A stretch of DNA of 64,000 nt, from the IMG/VR virus record IMGVR_UViG_3300048592_000244, positions 32,001 to 96,000 of that record; one strand, written 5' to 3'. Shown piece by piece: positions 1 to 9,499 of this stretch. The number at the start of each line of letters is the position of its first letter. Positions within the stretch are counted from its first letter, which is position 1. Source of the stretch: a virus. The position numbers were made by a program, and so were the translations under genes. Under the pieces are notes generated by a model. It did not search any database. It had not been told where the DNA came from and saw nothing but the letters and a program-made list of their open reading frames with translations.

Positions 1-1
1 A

Positions 2-94
2 GACATCAAGCCGGGCGACTACATCGTGGTCATCAGGGGCAGAGTGACAGCGATGTCGCCAGAGGAATTCAAGAGGGATTTTGCACTCGTTTGA
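2..94 (+). CDS. 3' end of a small phage protein (partial; ...DIKPGDYIVVIRGRVTAMSPEEFKRDFALV*)
   Basis: Open frame with GC3-biased codons ending in TGA at 92-94, just before the RBS of the next gene. Confidence 0.6.
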   Translation, partial: DIKPGDYIVVIRGRVTAMSPEEFKRDFALV

Positions 95-105
95 GGAAAT
101 AGCCA

Positions 106-645
106 ATGCAGGAAAACTGGAGAGCCATCCCCGGCTACAACGGGCGCTATGAGGCGTCAGACCAAGGCAACATCCGCTCCCTGCCGTGGGAATTCACGCG
201 GGTCATTCGTGGGCGTCTACAGACCTTCAAGAGCAAGTTGAAGCTGATGAAATTGCGCAAGGCCAAGGACGGCTACCTCCAAGTCGATCTGGTGATGCCA
301 GAGGGCAACAAGACCACCATACAGGTACACCGGCTCATATTGATGACGTTTGTGGGACCACCGGAAGAAGGACAGCACGCGTGCCATTACCCTGACCCGG
401 ACAAGACCAACAACAAGCCGGAAAATCTGTGCTGGGCGTCCCGGCAGGAAAATGAGGCGCACAAGCTGGAGCATGGTACACACCAGCGCGGGGAGAATTC
501 CCCCACAGCCAAACTGACTGACGATGACATCAGGGCCATCCGTGCCAGCGATGAAACAGGGACCGTGCTGGCCAAGAGATACCATGTGTCAGACAGCCTG
601 ATCTCGAAAATCCGCAGGGGCCTGAAATGGGCTCATGTGAAATAG
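106..645 (+). CDS. NUMOD4-HNH homing endonuclease with C-terminal HTH
   Basis: N-terminal ENWRAIPGYNGRYEASDQGNIRS (NUMOD4); VHRL...CH..D.DKTNN..ENL.W (HNH); C-terminal AKLTDDDIRAIR...LAKRYHVS..LIS HTH. Confidence 0.92.
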   Translation: MQENWRAIPGYNGRYEASDQGNIRSLPWEFTRVIRGRLQTFKSKLKLMKLRKAKDGYLQVDLVMPEGNKTTIQVHRLILMTFVGPPEEGQHACHYPDPDKTNNKPENLCWASRQENEAHKLEHGTHQRGENSPTAKLTDDDIRAIRASDETGTVLAKRYHVSDSLISKIRRGLKWAHVK

Positions 646-663
646 GAAAAGGAGGAGACCGAC

Positions 664-1248
664 ATGAAGTACAAGACAGCCCTATGCCCACAGTGCTCGA
701 CTGCGCTGGAAAAAGTGAAGAACCCAGCGGGCAGCTACATGAACAACGAGCAGTTCGACGCTGTGAAAGCAGGCGACTGGTTCTGCAAGCTCTGCCGCAG
801 CAACGGCAGGAATAAGATCAACAAGGTCTGCTACTGGTGGGACAAGGAGGTGGACTACGCCATCAACGAGGGCGTCTACGTGCTCGTCAAAGTCAGCGGC
901 GGCATCCGGGTAGCTCAGGTGACGGCAGAGGACACACAGAAGCCCGACTCAGCCTGCGTGCTATTTCCGGGCGGCCACTGCAATGTGCTGCACAACACTG
1001 AGATGGAAATTCTGGAGACCACTGAGAAAATCGACGATGCCCTTCACTATCTGTTCGGGTGCGTGGAAAAAGACGTGCAGAGATCGGAAAAGGTTTTCGG
1101 TTTGCTCAAGGGCATCTGCCGGGAAATCAGGGAGCGTGATCTCGTGGCACCGGATTTCTTCCGTGACCATGACAGGCGTCCGACTACAGACGAGGAGATG
1201 GCCGAGAATATCCTCAAGTACATGAAGCGGTTCGCGCCTGTGAAATAG
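664..1248 (+). CDS. hypothetical protein with N-terminal Zn-ribbon (CPQC...CKLC)
   Basis: AGGAG RBS, two CxxC motifs, typical codon bias. Confidence 0.75.
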   Translation: MKYKTALCPQCSTALEKVKNPAGSYMNNEQFDAVKAGDWFCKLCRSNGRNKINKVCYWWDKEVDYAINEGVYVLVKVSGGIRVAQVTAEDTQKPDSACVLFPGGHCNVLHNTEMEILETTEKIDDALHYLFGCVEKDVQRSEKVFGLLKGICREIRERDLVAPDFFRDHDRRPTTDEEMAENILKYMKRFAPVK

Positions 1249-1317
1249 ACGAGCGACAGGAATGAACGGGTCTGAGCAACCCGCCTGCACCCGCAGATAG
1301 TTCCTGTGGCTCCCCCG

Positions 1318-1364
1318 ACCGGCCCCGTTTGGTTCGTCCCCTGCGGGGCCGGTTCTATTCTCTT
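1318..1364 (+). terminator. putative intrinsic terminator upstream of terL
   Basis: ACCGGCCCCG (1318-1327) pairs with CGGGGCCGGT (1344-1353), followed by TCTATTCTCTT. Confidence 0.5.
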
Positions 1365-1431
1365 GACAAGGACTGAGCCAGCAACGACGATAATCCACGA
1401 GCGAACCCTTGACCGACAGTGAAACAATGCC

Positions 1432-3390
1432 GTGCCAGCCACTCTGGAGCTACCAGAAGCAGTCACGTTAGAATCTATCGCTGAGAGCGACCTCGGCGTA
1501 GACCTTGCTGTATTCGAGGAGAACGCTGCCAAGTTCGGGCAGGAGAGCTTCACGTTCTTCTGCTGGTACTACATGCGGCACCACCTCACCGACGAACTCG
1601 CTGAGTACCATCTCAAGGTCATGCGGTCGTTAGAAGGATTGATGCCGGGCAGGCACCTTGAGCTTCTCCTGCCTCGTGAGCACGGGAAATCCACGCTGGT
1701 TTCTCTCTGCTTCCTGATGTGGAATATCGTCTACAGGAAAAAGCGGCACATCCTCCTCGTGTCGTCCACCTCAGAGAACGCGCAGAAATTCCTTGGCAAG
1801 ATCAATCAGGAATTGCGCAGCAACGAACTTATCCGCAGGGACTTCGGTGACCTAACCGGCTCAGAGAACGTGGGCCGCAAGGAAGTGTGGAAAGCCTCGA
1901 AGCTCAAGACGGCAAACCAAGTGCTCGTCCTTGCTGTGGGTACAAACGGATCAGTACGTGGTGCCAACGAATCGCTGCCGGAAAATCTACAGCTTGATTT
2001 TGTGGAGTACGACCGGCATGGCCGTCCTCGCTACAAGAAGCTGAAATCATTCCGTCCTGATCTGGTTCTGCTGGACGACGTGATCGAGGACAAGTGGGTT
2101 CTCACCAAGCACGTGCGTGACCAGACGTGGAACTGGTTCTGGAAATCTCTCTACAACACGATGGACCGCGACAGGGGAAATTGCGTCGTGGTCGGTACGA
2201 CTCTGCATGACGACGATCTGGTGAGCAGGCTTTTCCGCGACCCCGTGCAGACGATGGCGTGGAAGAAAATCAAGATGCCTGCGTGCGAGGGCTTCGATCA
2301 GACCACGCTCAACCCCATCAACTGTTTGTGGCCTGCGGCGTGGCAAGCACCAGACTTGAACAAGCCAGTCAACCGCAAGGGCGAACTCATTCCGCTGGAT
2401 GAGTTGGACAACTGGCCGCTGGATGATGTGTTCTACCTCAGCAAGCTCTACTGGAAACGAATCGAAATCGGTGAGCGTGCGTTTGCGCAGGAATTCTTGC
2501 TTGACCCGTTGAGCGACAGCTTCCAGTTCTTCAAGCGTCAGTGGTTCAGGTATTTCATCATGCAGGAGAGCTATTTCACCGCAGAGGCGGAACTGGCTCT
2601 CACACGTCTGGGCCACGAGATTGAAGTATTGCCTGACGACCTGATCGTAGTGACAGCCATCGACCCGGCTGGCACGAGACAGGAACAGGTGAAGGAAGGG
2701 GCTGATCCTGATTACACCTGTATCTGCACTGTGGGATATTCACCACGTCATCGCCGGTTCTACATTCTCGACATCTGTCGTGAGCGAATTTCAGCACTAC
2801 GTCAGCAGGAAGTGCTGATGGAGCAGTACAGGAAATTCAGCAGTGAGTTCGCAGCTACTGGCACAGACGGTAGCTCAGACACAGCCAAGTTCAATTTCAC
2901 GCACATGGGCATCTTGGTGGAGAGCGTGGCATACCAGAAGGCGCTGGCTACCATGCTGGATGAAATTGCTCCGGCTCTGGGCATGTACCCTCGCATCGTG
3001 GAAGTCAAACGCGGGCGCAGGGACAAGACCACACGAGCCACAGGCGTGTCTCCTCTGTTCGAGCGCAGAACAGTTGTGTGGCCTGAGCAGTTTGATCTAA
3101 AGTTGAAGAAGCGAGATGTCGAAGAAGCAATGGACGAGCTTGATCGTTTCCCACAGGGCGACCACGATGACTGTGTGGACGCAGTGGTAGACGCTCTGGC
3201 TTTCCTGAACAGAATGAGCCTGAGTCTGAACCGGGGGCTCAATGCGTTGAACGTCATGCGGGCGATGGTGAAATCCTCGCCGGAAATGTACGCCTTCGTG
3301 AGCAAGCGTGAGGATGAGGGCATGGACTTCCAAGACGCCAGTGCCAAGTGGGCGCAGTACAACAGAGAGCACGCTGGGATGACCGCATGA
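1432..3390 (+). CDS. terL: terminase large subunit
   Basis: Walker A LPREHGKST, Walker B PDLVLLDD, VVVGT coupling motif, AFAQEFLLDP, RNase H-like nuclease AIDPA...DYT and FPQGDHDDCVDA; GTG start. Confidence 0.95.
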   Translation: MPATLELPEAVTLESIAESDLGVDLAVFEENAAKFGQESFTFFCWYYMRHHLTDELAEYHLKVMRSLEGLMPGRHLELLLPREHGKSTLVSLCFLMWNIVYRKKRHILLVSSTSENAQKFLGKINQELRSNELIRRDFGDLTGSENVGRKEVWKASKLKTANQVLVLAVGTNGSVRGANESLPENLQLDFVEYDRHGRPRYKKLKSFRPDLVLLDDVIEDKWVLTKHVRDQTWNWFWKSLYNTMDRDRGNCVVVGTTLHDDDLVSRLFRDPVQTMAWKKIKMPACEGFDQTTLNPINCLWPAAWQAPDLNKPVNRKGELIPLDELDNWPLDDVFYLSKLYWKRIEIGERAFAQEFLLDPLSDSFQFFKRQWFRYFIMQESYFTAEAELALTRLGHEIEVLPDDLIVVTAIDPAGTRQEQVKEGADPDYTCICTVGYSPRHRRFYILDICRERISALRQQEVLMEQYRKFSSEFAATGTDGSSDTAKFNFTHMGILVESVAYQKALATMLDEIAPALGMYPRIVEVKRGRRDKTTRATGVSPLFERRTVVWPEQFDLKLKKRDVEEAMDELDRFPQGDHDDCVDAVVDALAFLNRMSLSLNRGLNALNVMRAMVKSSPEMYAFVSKREDEGMDFQDASAKWAQYNREHAGMTA

Positions 3391-3578
3391 TGAAGGACAG
3401 GATCAACAAGGCCAGCCAGTACACTGAACGCAACGCGCAGGAGAAGTACATCTTCGAGCAGGCCAAGCTCTACATGGTGGCGGTGGCTAAGTACGACAAG
3501 ACAGCTACGATGACCGACATCGTGCAGGAAATTAGAGATGCCCTGAGCAGAACTTGGGGCTGGTTAGGAAAAGAATGA
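3387..3578 (+). CDS. small hypothetical protein (MMKDRINKAS...)
   Basis: ATGA overlap with the terL stop and with the next gene. Confidence 0.7.
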   Translation: MMKDRINKASQYTERNAQEKYIFEQAKLYMVAVAKYDKTATMTDIVQEIRDALSRTWGWLGKE

Positions 3579-3787
3579 AAATCCTCCAGTGTAAGCATTG
3601 TGGTGACTGGCAGGTTGAGCACAACGGCACCGTCTACTACAAGCCCTACACAGGCGATTGGACCGTAGGTGCGCCGGTGTGCTTGATTCTCGGCAGGTAC
3701 GGCTCGCATGAGTTGAGTGAATGCAATGCGTCCGATGAGCCGTGGCCTCTGGTGATAAAGCAGTTGAAGAAATTTCTGGAGAAGTAA
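3575..3787 (+). CDS. small hypothetical protein, Cys/His-containing (MKILQCKHCG...)
   Basis: ATGA overlap; CxxC motif. Confidence 0.65.
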   Translation: MKILQCKHCGDWQVEHNGTVYYKPYTGDWTVGAPVCLILGRYGSHELSECNASDEPWPLVIKQLKKFLEK

Positions 3788-3788
3788 A

Positions 3789-4133
3789 ATGACGATGGCA
3801 CTGAAACCGTGGATCGGCGTAGACCTTGACGGCACGCTGGCCAAGTACGAAGGCTGGCAGGGGATCGACCACATTGGTGACCCGATCCAGCCAATGCTTG
3901 AGCGTGTGAAAGGCTGGCTTGCTGATGGCATCAAGGTGAAGATATTCACCGCACGCGCTAGTGAGCCGGATGCTGAGGCCCTCAAGGCAGTAATTTCCTA
4001 CATCGAAGACTGGTGTGAGGAGCACGTTGGACAGAAGCTCGAAGTCACCTGCAAGAAGGACTTCGCCATGACCGATCTCTATGACGACCGCTGTCACCGG
4101 GTAGAGGCGAACACGGGACGGGTACTGGCATGA
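3789..4133 (+). CDS. HAD-superfamily phosphatase-like protein (polynucleotide kinase phosphatase-domain type)
   Basis: Motif I VDLDGTL, motif II IFTAR, Lys followed by YDDR; capless HAD size. Confidence 0.85.
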   Translation: MTMALKPWIGVDLDGTLAKYEGWQGIDHIGDPIQPMLERVKGWLADGIKVKIFTARASEPDAEALKAVISYIEDWCEEHVGQKLEVTCKKDFAMTDLYDDRCHRVEANTGRVLA

Positions 4134-4306
4134 CCAGAGACGAACGCATGTCGCTGCTCCTCACCTGCGTGGATTTCTACGCCACCAACAAACAGGGTGA
4201 CTACGGTAGACGAGCGAACGCCGTGCTGGCTAAGATAGCTGACGATGAACGTCAGGAAGGCATGAAAAAGGAACGAGAGAAGGAAAAGGAACGAGGTACA
4301 GAATGA
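4130..4306 (+). CDS. 58-aa hypothetical protein (MTRDERMSLLLTCVDFYATN...), not in ORF track
   Basis: Fills the gap exactly, with ATGA overlaps at both ends. Confidence 0.65.
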   Translation: MTRDERMSLLLTCVDFYATNKQGDYGRRANAVLAKIADDERQEGMKKEREKEKERGTE

Positions 4307-4746
4307 AGTACGTGATGATTTTCCTGATTGCTCTGCTGGCGTGTGCGTGTGACGCCCAGATCGTCGTGAACGGCAACCCTCCTGATGGCTCGGCGGGGAA
4401 AAGCTATAGCACGACGTTCACAGCCAGCGGCGGCACGGCACCGTACACCTACTTCGTCACCAACCCGCCTGACTTCCTCAGCATGGACACGAACACCGGC
4501 GTGCTGAGTGGGACGCTTCAAGCGCCGGTCATAGGTGACATCTACACGTTCACCGTCACGGCCTTTGACGCCACAATGGCTCATGGTCAGTCGAATTTCA
4601 CCATCACCGTGAGTACGTCCAGTGGTGGAAAATCTGGTAGCGACAACGGCGGCTGCACGGCAGCGCGTGGAACTGGACTGCGTTGGCTGCTGGTAGCAGC
4701 ACTCGGTCTTCTTCTCGTCCGCCAACGGAAGAAGACATGCGGGTAG
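4303..4746 (+). CDS. secreted putative-Ig (He_PIG-like) domain protein with C-terminal Gly-rich-Cys/TM/basic sorting tail (MYXO-CTERM-like)
   Basis: Signal peptide; G.SYSTTFTASGGTAPYTY...P..LSMD..TGVLSGT...YTFTVTA.D Ig motif; tail GGC...WLLVAALGLLLVRQRKK. Confidence 0.8.
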   Translation: MKYVMIFLIALLACACDAQIVVNGNPPDGSAGKSYSTTFTASGGTAPYTYFVTNPPDFLSMDTNTGVLSGTLQAPVIGDIYTFTVTAFDATMAHGQSNFTITVSTSSGGKSGSDNGGCTAARGTGLRWLLVAALGLLLVRQRKKTCG

Positions 4747-5084
4747 AATGTACCGATCCGAACTGCTACGGCTTCAAGCGCCCTGTTCTCCCTCTAGGCC
4801 GGGACAGGGCGCTTCACATTCTACGCTGCCATGACGGCGATCAGATCATGCAGGTGGTGGACATCGACCCTGACGGCAGTGTGGGTGAAGCCTGCATTGC
4901 CCGGATGCTGAAATTGATGGATGATCTGGAAGCGATGGGCGGGAAGATGTACTACACCTCAGCCAAGTACCGCAGAGTATTTTCTGCAATGCAGTCCGAG
5001 TGCGAGCATGACATCCAGCAGTTGAGCATCGCTGCCAAGGAGAAAGCATGTGGAAATTCATCCGAGTCTGCTGGGGCCGAATAA
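4737..5084 (+). CDS. hypothetical protein (MRVECTDPNC...)
   Basis: ATG overlapping the previous stop; typical codon bias. Confidence 0.65.
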   Translation: MRVECTDPNCYGFKRPVLPLGRDRALHILRCHDGDQIMQVVDIDPDGSVGEACIARMLKLMDDLEAMGGKMYYTSAKYRRVFSAMQSECEHDIQQLSIAAKEKACGNSSESAGAE

Positions 5085-5257
5085 TCCTCTGGCTGGGGGA
5101 CTGCCCCTACTGCTACAGCAAACCCGCTCACAAGCATTCCTGCCCTGTGTGTTTGGGTGAAAAGGTGGGTGACAAGCACGCGTACCGCGACTATAACTGG
5201 AAGACACGGCTCTGGAGGAGGTTCAGAGCACACATTGACAGCGATTACGGACGCTAA
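5048..5257 (+). CDS. small Zn-finger-like protein (CPYC...CPVC)
   Basis: AAGGAG RBS; two CxxC motifs. Confidence 0.65.
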   Translation: MWKFIRVCWGRIILWLGDCPYCYSKPAHKHSCPVCLGEKVGDKHAYRDYNWKTRLWRRFRAHIDSDYGR

Positions 5258-5259
5258 TC

Positions 5260-5267
5260 CGTAGATA
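5260..5267 (+). promoter_or_regulatory. CGTAGATA putative late promoter element
   Basis: Recurrent 8-mer, 36 nt before ATG 5296. Confidence 0.55.
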
Positions 5268-5295
5268 CCACAGAACCTTTCAAGGAGTGAACGTC

Positions 5296-5646
5296 ATGGC
5301 AGGAATGCAACCACAGGCAGCGCCCGCTGCGGCTCCCGCTGCGGCCCCAATGGGCGGTGGCATGGGACCGACCGGCCCGATGCCCGGCGCACAGGCCAAG
5401 CAGCAGATCGAGGAGAACGCGAACATCGCCATTCAGGGCGGTATCGCAGCAGCGGAAGCAGCCAAGGCTGCCCCTGACGTTCCCCCGGAAGCTGCGGCCA
5501 AGATCGAAGAAGGCGTGATGATGATAAACGAGGGCAAGCAGGAAGCCCTCGCACCAGCCGCGCCCACAGACGCTGGCAGCAAGCCCGGCAACCCCGTAGA
5601 GGGCACCGGCGCTCAGGCCAGCGGCACCAAGGAAGGCGGCGAGTAG
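5296..5646 (+). CDS. Ala/Pro/Gly-rich hypothetical protein
   Basis: AAGGAG RBS before ATG 5296; low complexity with a short helical core. Confidence 0.75.
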   Translation: MAGMQPQAAPAAAPAAAPMGGGMGPTGPMPGAQAKQQIEENANIAIQGGIAAAEAAKAAPDVPPEAAAKIEEGVMMINEGKQEALAPAAPTDAGSKPGNPVEGTGAQASGTKEGGE

Positions 5647-5680
5647 CCACAAGACACGCAGCCCATCCAGAAGTAAAGTG

Positions 5681-5712
5681 ACGGCAGGCGGGAATATCCT
5701 GCCTGCCGTTTT
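5681..5712 (+). terminator. hairpin/terminator immediately upstream of the portal RBS
   Basis: ACGGCAGGCGGGA-ATA-TCCTGCCTGCCGT-TTT. Confidence 0.55.
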
Positions 5713-5727
5713 CCGTAGGAGAGCCCA

Positions 5728-7959
5728 ATGCCCGGCATCAACCCAACAGGCATCGCCTTCGCTCAGGAACTCCGTGTGGCGTTCCAGTACAGCCGCTTCA
5801 TTGATGAGTTGAGCAAGAGCATCGCCAGCGACGGGACGTACCAGTCCAGCAACAACACCTTCCGTGATCCCACGTACATCGTGAAGGACAAGGAGGGCAA
5901 CATCAAACGGTACTGGCGCTCACCGCAGGATGCAGCCCGACAGGCGAAGTACGAGAAGTACATGCGGATATTGCTGGAGGGCTTGGACTTCCTCAAGCCT
6001 CAGTGGTATCAGGCACGCCAGTACACGGACACCTCGCATCAGGCTGTCTACCAAGGCTACAATTTCCTCACCCTCATCAGTGAGGCATTCGCTGACCTGA
6101 CGTGCGGTGGTGGTGTCGAGATCAAGACCGGCATCGAGTCCATCGACAAGCTGCTGACTGAGCAGCTTCGCTTCGAGGACAAAATCTACGAATGGATTTT
6201 CGAGGCCAGCGTGTTCGAGTTCGTGGGCGTGCAGGTCGTCACCCACGACGATTCCGGTGTGCTGGAAATTCAGCGCGTTCTGCCTCACTTCCTCTATCCG
6301 ATGTTCCCGAAGAACAAGGAGAACGAGCCCGTCTGCATCAGCAAGAAGGTGTGGATGCAGAAGGAGGACATCTCCGAGTGGCAGCAGATCAGGCCGGAGA
6401 ACACCAGCGACAAGATCGACCTCAACGGTGTGAAATTCGATGGCTTCGTGTTCGAGGAGCGTCACTTCAAGGGCATGGTAGAGAACTACCTGTGGGCTGT
6501 GCATGGCAATCAGATCGTCACACGCGTAGACCTGAAATTCTACGACCCGAACCTCGACGCTGTGTCCCTCACTGGCCTGCCTGACTTCGCAATCAAGCTG
6601 ATCCCCAACAAGGTGATGGTGGGGAAATTCATCAGCGATTGGGACAACATCATCGACATCAACCTGAACTTCAATGACCGCGCAAGCCGTGCAGGCGACC
6701 TGTTGAACCAGTACGCCGAGCCTCAGCTTGTCATCAACGACAGTCAGGCGACCTACGACCCGGCTACGGGCAAGGTCCATTACCGGCGTCCTCGTGGTGG
6801 CGTGATAATGATGCGCCCGCAGGACAGGCACCAGCCGAATTTCATGCAGCCGGGTGTGGACACAGCAGGCACGGAGAACAACCTCAAGTTCCTGCTCGAC
6901 ATGCTGTCCACTCACTCACAGGCTGCTGCTGTGCTGCTGAACCCAGAGGCACAGGGCAACATCGAGAGCGGTGTGGCCTACAAGCTGAAATTGACGCCCA
7001 CGCTCAAGAAGATCGCACGCAGGAAGACTCAGCAGGAAATTGCCGTGAAGGGCCTGATCCTGAACATCCTCGCGGCCATCAACTTCTACCACGACAAGGA
7101 ACTCATCACCCGTGAGTTGGAGGAGCGCGTCAACTCGTCAGACGACATGACCATGCGTACCCGCTGTGAGGATGCACTGGCCAAGATCAATCAGGGCTCG
7201 GTACTGATCTCGCTGGAGTCGTTCGACGACTATTTCTCCAAGCTGGATGTGTTCAACGACAACCCCTACGGCATTTTCATCAGCGACCCTGCACAGGCGA
7301 CCACCGGCGACCAGTTGCAGTACCTCGCTGACGGAGACCTGCTGACGGCCATCGAGAACAAGCGCACTGAGGTGATGGAATATCTCCGGCTGGATGACAT
7401 CCAAGTCGAGATGACTCCTTCCATGCCGCAGGATATTGCGCAGGCTCTTGAGCGCCTTGGTGGCCAGAAGTCCATGAGCCTGAAACGCTACCTCATGGAA
7501 TTCGACGGCTTCACTGAGGAGCAAGCCGAGGAGGAAATTCAGCGCATCATGGACGAGGACCGTGAGGTGATGGCTCAGGGCATCAGCGATTCATCCGTCA
7601 TGCTCAACCCGCGTGGTGGGTTGCAGCAGGCCATCCTCGACTTCGGTCAGACCGATCACCAGCATGAAGTGTTGCTGGACGCAGAGGGCAACGGAATTTC
7701 CGAGCGTGCTCCTGATGGCCACAACCACCGGGTACTCAACGGGCAGGCGCTCATGGAAATGGGCCACACTCACCCTGTGGTTTTCCAGCAGGAGCAGAAC
7801 ACACAGCCTGAGCCGATGATGGCCGGGGCTGGCATGGCACCAAGCAATCAGAACGTCGGAGCCGCAGGAATGAGCCCCGGCGCACCCAGCCAGACTAACC
7901 TACAGAGCACAGCGATAGCTGCTGGCACGACTCCTCAACCCGTTGGTGGGTTCAGGTAG
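5728..7959 (+). CDS. portal protein (SPP1 gp6-like) with internal insertion and His-rich C-terminal extension
   Basis: Position after terL; IESGVAYKLKL..TLKK and DIQVEMTPSMPQD, TEEQAEEEIQRI motifs typical of SPP1-like portals. Confidence 0.85.
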   Translation: MPGINPTGIAFAQELRVAFQYSRFIDELSKSIASDGTYQSSNNTFRDPTYIVKDKEGNIKRYWRSPQDAARQAKYEKYMRILLEGLDFLKPQWYQARQYTDTSHQAVYQGYNFLTLISEAFADLTCGGGVEIKTGIESIDKLLTEQLRFEDKIYEWIFEASVFEFVGVQVVTHDDSGVLEIQRVLPHFLYPMFPKNKENEPVCISKKVWMQKEDISEWQQIRPENTSDKIDLNGVKFDGFVFEERHFKGMVENYLWAVHGNQIVTRVDLKFYDPNLDAVSLTGLPDFAIKLIPNKVMVGKFISDWDNIIDINLNFNDRASRAGDLLNQYAEPQLVINDSQATYDPATGKVHYRRPRGGVIMMRPQDRHQPNFMQPGVDTAGTENNLKFLLDMLSTHSQAAAVLLNPEAQGNIESGVAYKLKLTPTLKKIARRKTQQEIAVKGLILNILAAINFYHDKELITRELEERVNSSDDMTMRTRCEDALAKINQGSVLISLESFDDYFSKLDVFNDNPYGIFISDPAQATTGDQLQYLADGDLLTAIENKRTEVMEYLRLDDIQVEMTPSMPQDIAQALERLGGQKSMSLKRYLMEFDGFTEEQAEEEIQRIMDEDREVMAQGISDSSVMLNPRGGLQQAILDFGQTDHQHEVLLDAEGNGISERAPDGHNHRVLNGQALMEMGHTHPVVFQQEQNTQPEPMMAGAGMAPSNQNVGAAGMSPGAPSQTNLQSTAIAAGTTPQPVGGFR

Positions 7960-7969
7960 GGTGTCAACT

Positions 7970-7977
7970 CGTAGATA
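7970..7977 (+). promoter_or_regulatory. CGTAGATA putative late promoter element
   Basis: Intergenic, 36 nt before ATG 8006. Confidence 0.55.
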
Positions 7978-8005
7978 CAGCAGGAACGCACACGGAGAGT
8001 AGAAC

Positions 8006-9484
8006 ATGGCCTTTGACCTGACACTTGCACGCGGTGGATTCGGCGAGCCCTGCGACAGCCCTGTGGCTGACTACCGCCAGTTTTACCAGATGTACGTGTC
8101 CGTGGATGCACGGTCCAACCCGGCTACGCAGACGAACTGGTTGAATGCGCTGGGTGCTATCTTCGGCACCACCATCGACACCTACGCACACTGGTCGAAG
8201 ATGGACAAGCACGCTCGTCGGCGTGTGCTGGAATACGCTCGCTGCCAGATCGAGGTGAACGTGTGGTCGTTCATGGCCCTCGGTCCTCGCCCGCCTGAGC
8301 AGTTCCTGATCGACTCACACCAGAGCGGGAATTTCCTGCGCAAGCCTCAGCGTGAGGTGGACGCCATCATCATGCGCTCCGAGTTCAACCACATCACTGA
8401 GCGCGGGGATGACCCGGCGCTGGCTGCCATCGCACTCACAGCCCTTGGCCTGCCCAGCACTCCGCTGGCGCTATTCAAGGATTGGGATGCGACCACGGCT
8501 CGTGCTGTGCTGAGTTTCCTGCGCATCTACGGCTCGGCCTACGAGAGCATCGTCAACGCCGACGACAACGAACTGGATTATCAGGACGTTGCCACGGGCG
8601 CACGCTTCTCCGCAGCCAGCCGCCATGACGCGACCTTCATGGACTTCATGGAATTTCACTCATGGCTGGCAGAGGCGACCTTCTGGCACGTCTCGCCCAC
8701 CGACCTGTTTGACGAGATCACGCAGACGGAAGTCGGCGTGGATGCGCTGGACGCCACGCAGGCAGAGGCGCTGGAATTGTTCAGCCTGCTTCGCGGCGTA
8801 GGTCAGGTTGCTGGCAAGCAGCGTCACATGGACATGCCCAAGGCGATTTACTTCGCCCAGCTTTCCGCCTACGGCTACCTGCCGTCGATGGACGTCCTGC
8901 TGTTCGGCCTGACGGAAAACATCGCTCTGCGCGATCTGGACGGCAACGTCATCGCCGGTCGCGTCTACATGCGAGCGCAGGCACCGATCAACGGCTCACA
9001 CCCGCAGCGCGACACATGGGTGAACACCGGCGCACAGGTCTTCGAGATGGTGGTCGAGGTGCCTGCCGGGCAGACGCCGGATCACATCGAAGCTGTGGTG
9101 GACGTGCTCCAGCCGAGCGCAGGCACACGCTGGTTCAATTTCAGCGGGCCAGCCGCCGTGGACGCCGACACATTCACCATGACGCCTGTGGTGGACGTTG
9201 CAGGAAAAACCCGCTGGACAATCGACGCCACCAAGGCAGCGAAGTGGGCCGCTGGTGAAAACATCATCGGTGAGTTCGTGCTCGCGCAGGGACCGCACCT
9301 CAAGATGTCTCCTGCCAACGGCATCCCCGTGGAGAACGTCAGCCTGCTGGTAGAGGACGGCGCGTCCGACGAATCCGCTCTCTACAGCGTGGTGCCGAGC
9401 CGCGTGCTGACCGGGCTGGAAATGCCGCCCACACGCACGCCTGTCTTCGCGCAGCGAGCGTCAGGTACACTCGACAACCTGTAG
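8006..9484 (+). CDS. 492-aa hypothetical protein, probably an abundant virion component
   Basis: GGAG RBS, strong codon bias, own putative promoter and a 3' UUCG hairpin; no family recognised. Confidence 0.75.
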   Translation: MAFDLTLARGGFGEPCDSPVADYRQFYQMYVSVDARSNPATQTNWLNALGAIFGTTIDTYAHWSKMDKHARRRVLEYARCQIEVNVWSFMALGPRPPEQFLIDSHQSGNFLRKPQREVDAIIMRSEFNHITERGDDPALAAIALTALGLPSTPLALFKDWDATTARAVLSFLRIYGSAYESIVNADDNELDYQDVATGARFSAASRHDATFMDFMEFHSWLAEATFWHVSPTDLFDEITQTEVGVDALDATQAEALELFSLLRGVGQVAGKQRHMDMPKAIYFAQLSAYGYLPSMDVLLFGLTENIALRDLDGNVIAGRVYMRAQAPINGSHPQRDTWVNTGAQVFEMVVEVPAGQTPDHIEAVVDVLQPSAGTRWFNFSGPAAVDADTFTMTPVVDVAGKTRWTIDATKAAKWAAGENIIGEFVLAQGPHLKMSPANGIPVENVSLLVEDGASDESALYSVVPSRVLTGLEMPPTRTPVFAQRASGTLDNL

Positions 9485-9499
9485 CCGGGTAGCTTGAGA

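Noticed and set aside
1363-1394. sigma70 promoter TTGACA...GATAAT upstream of terL
   Set aside because: The spacer is 20 nt, too long.
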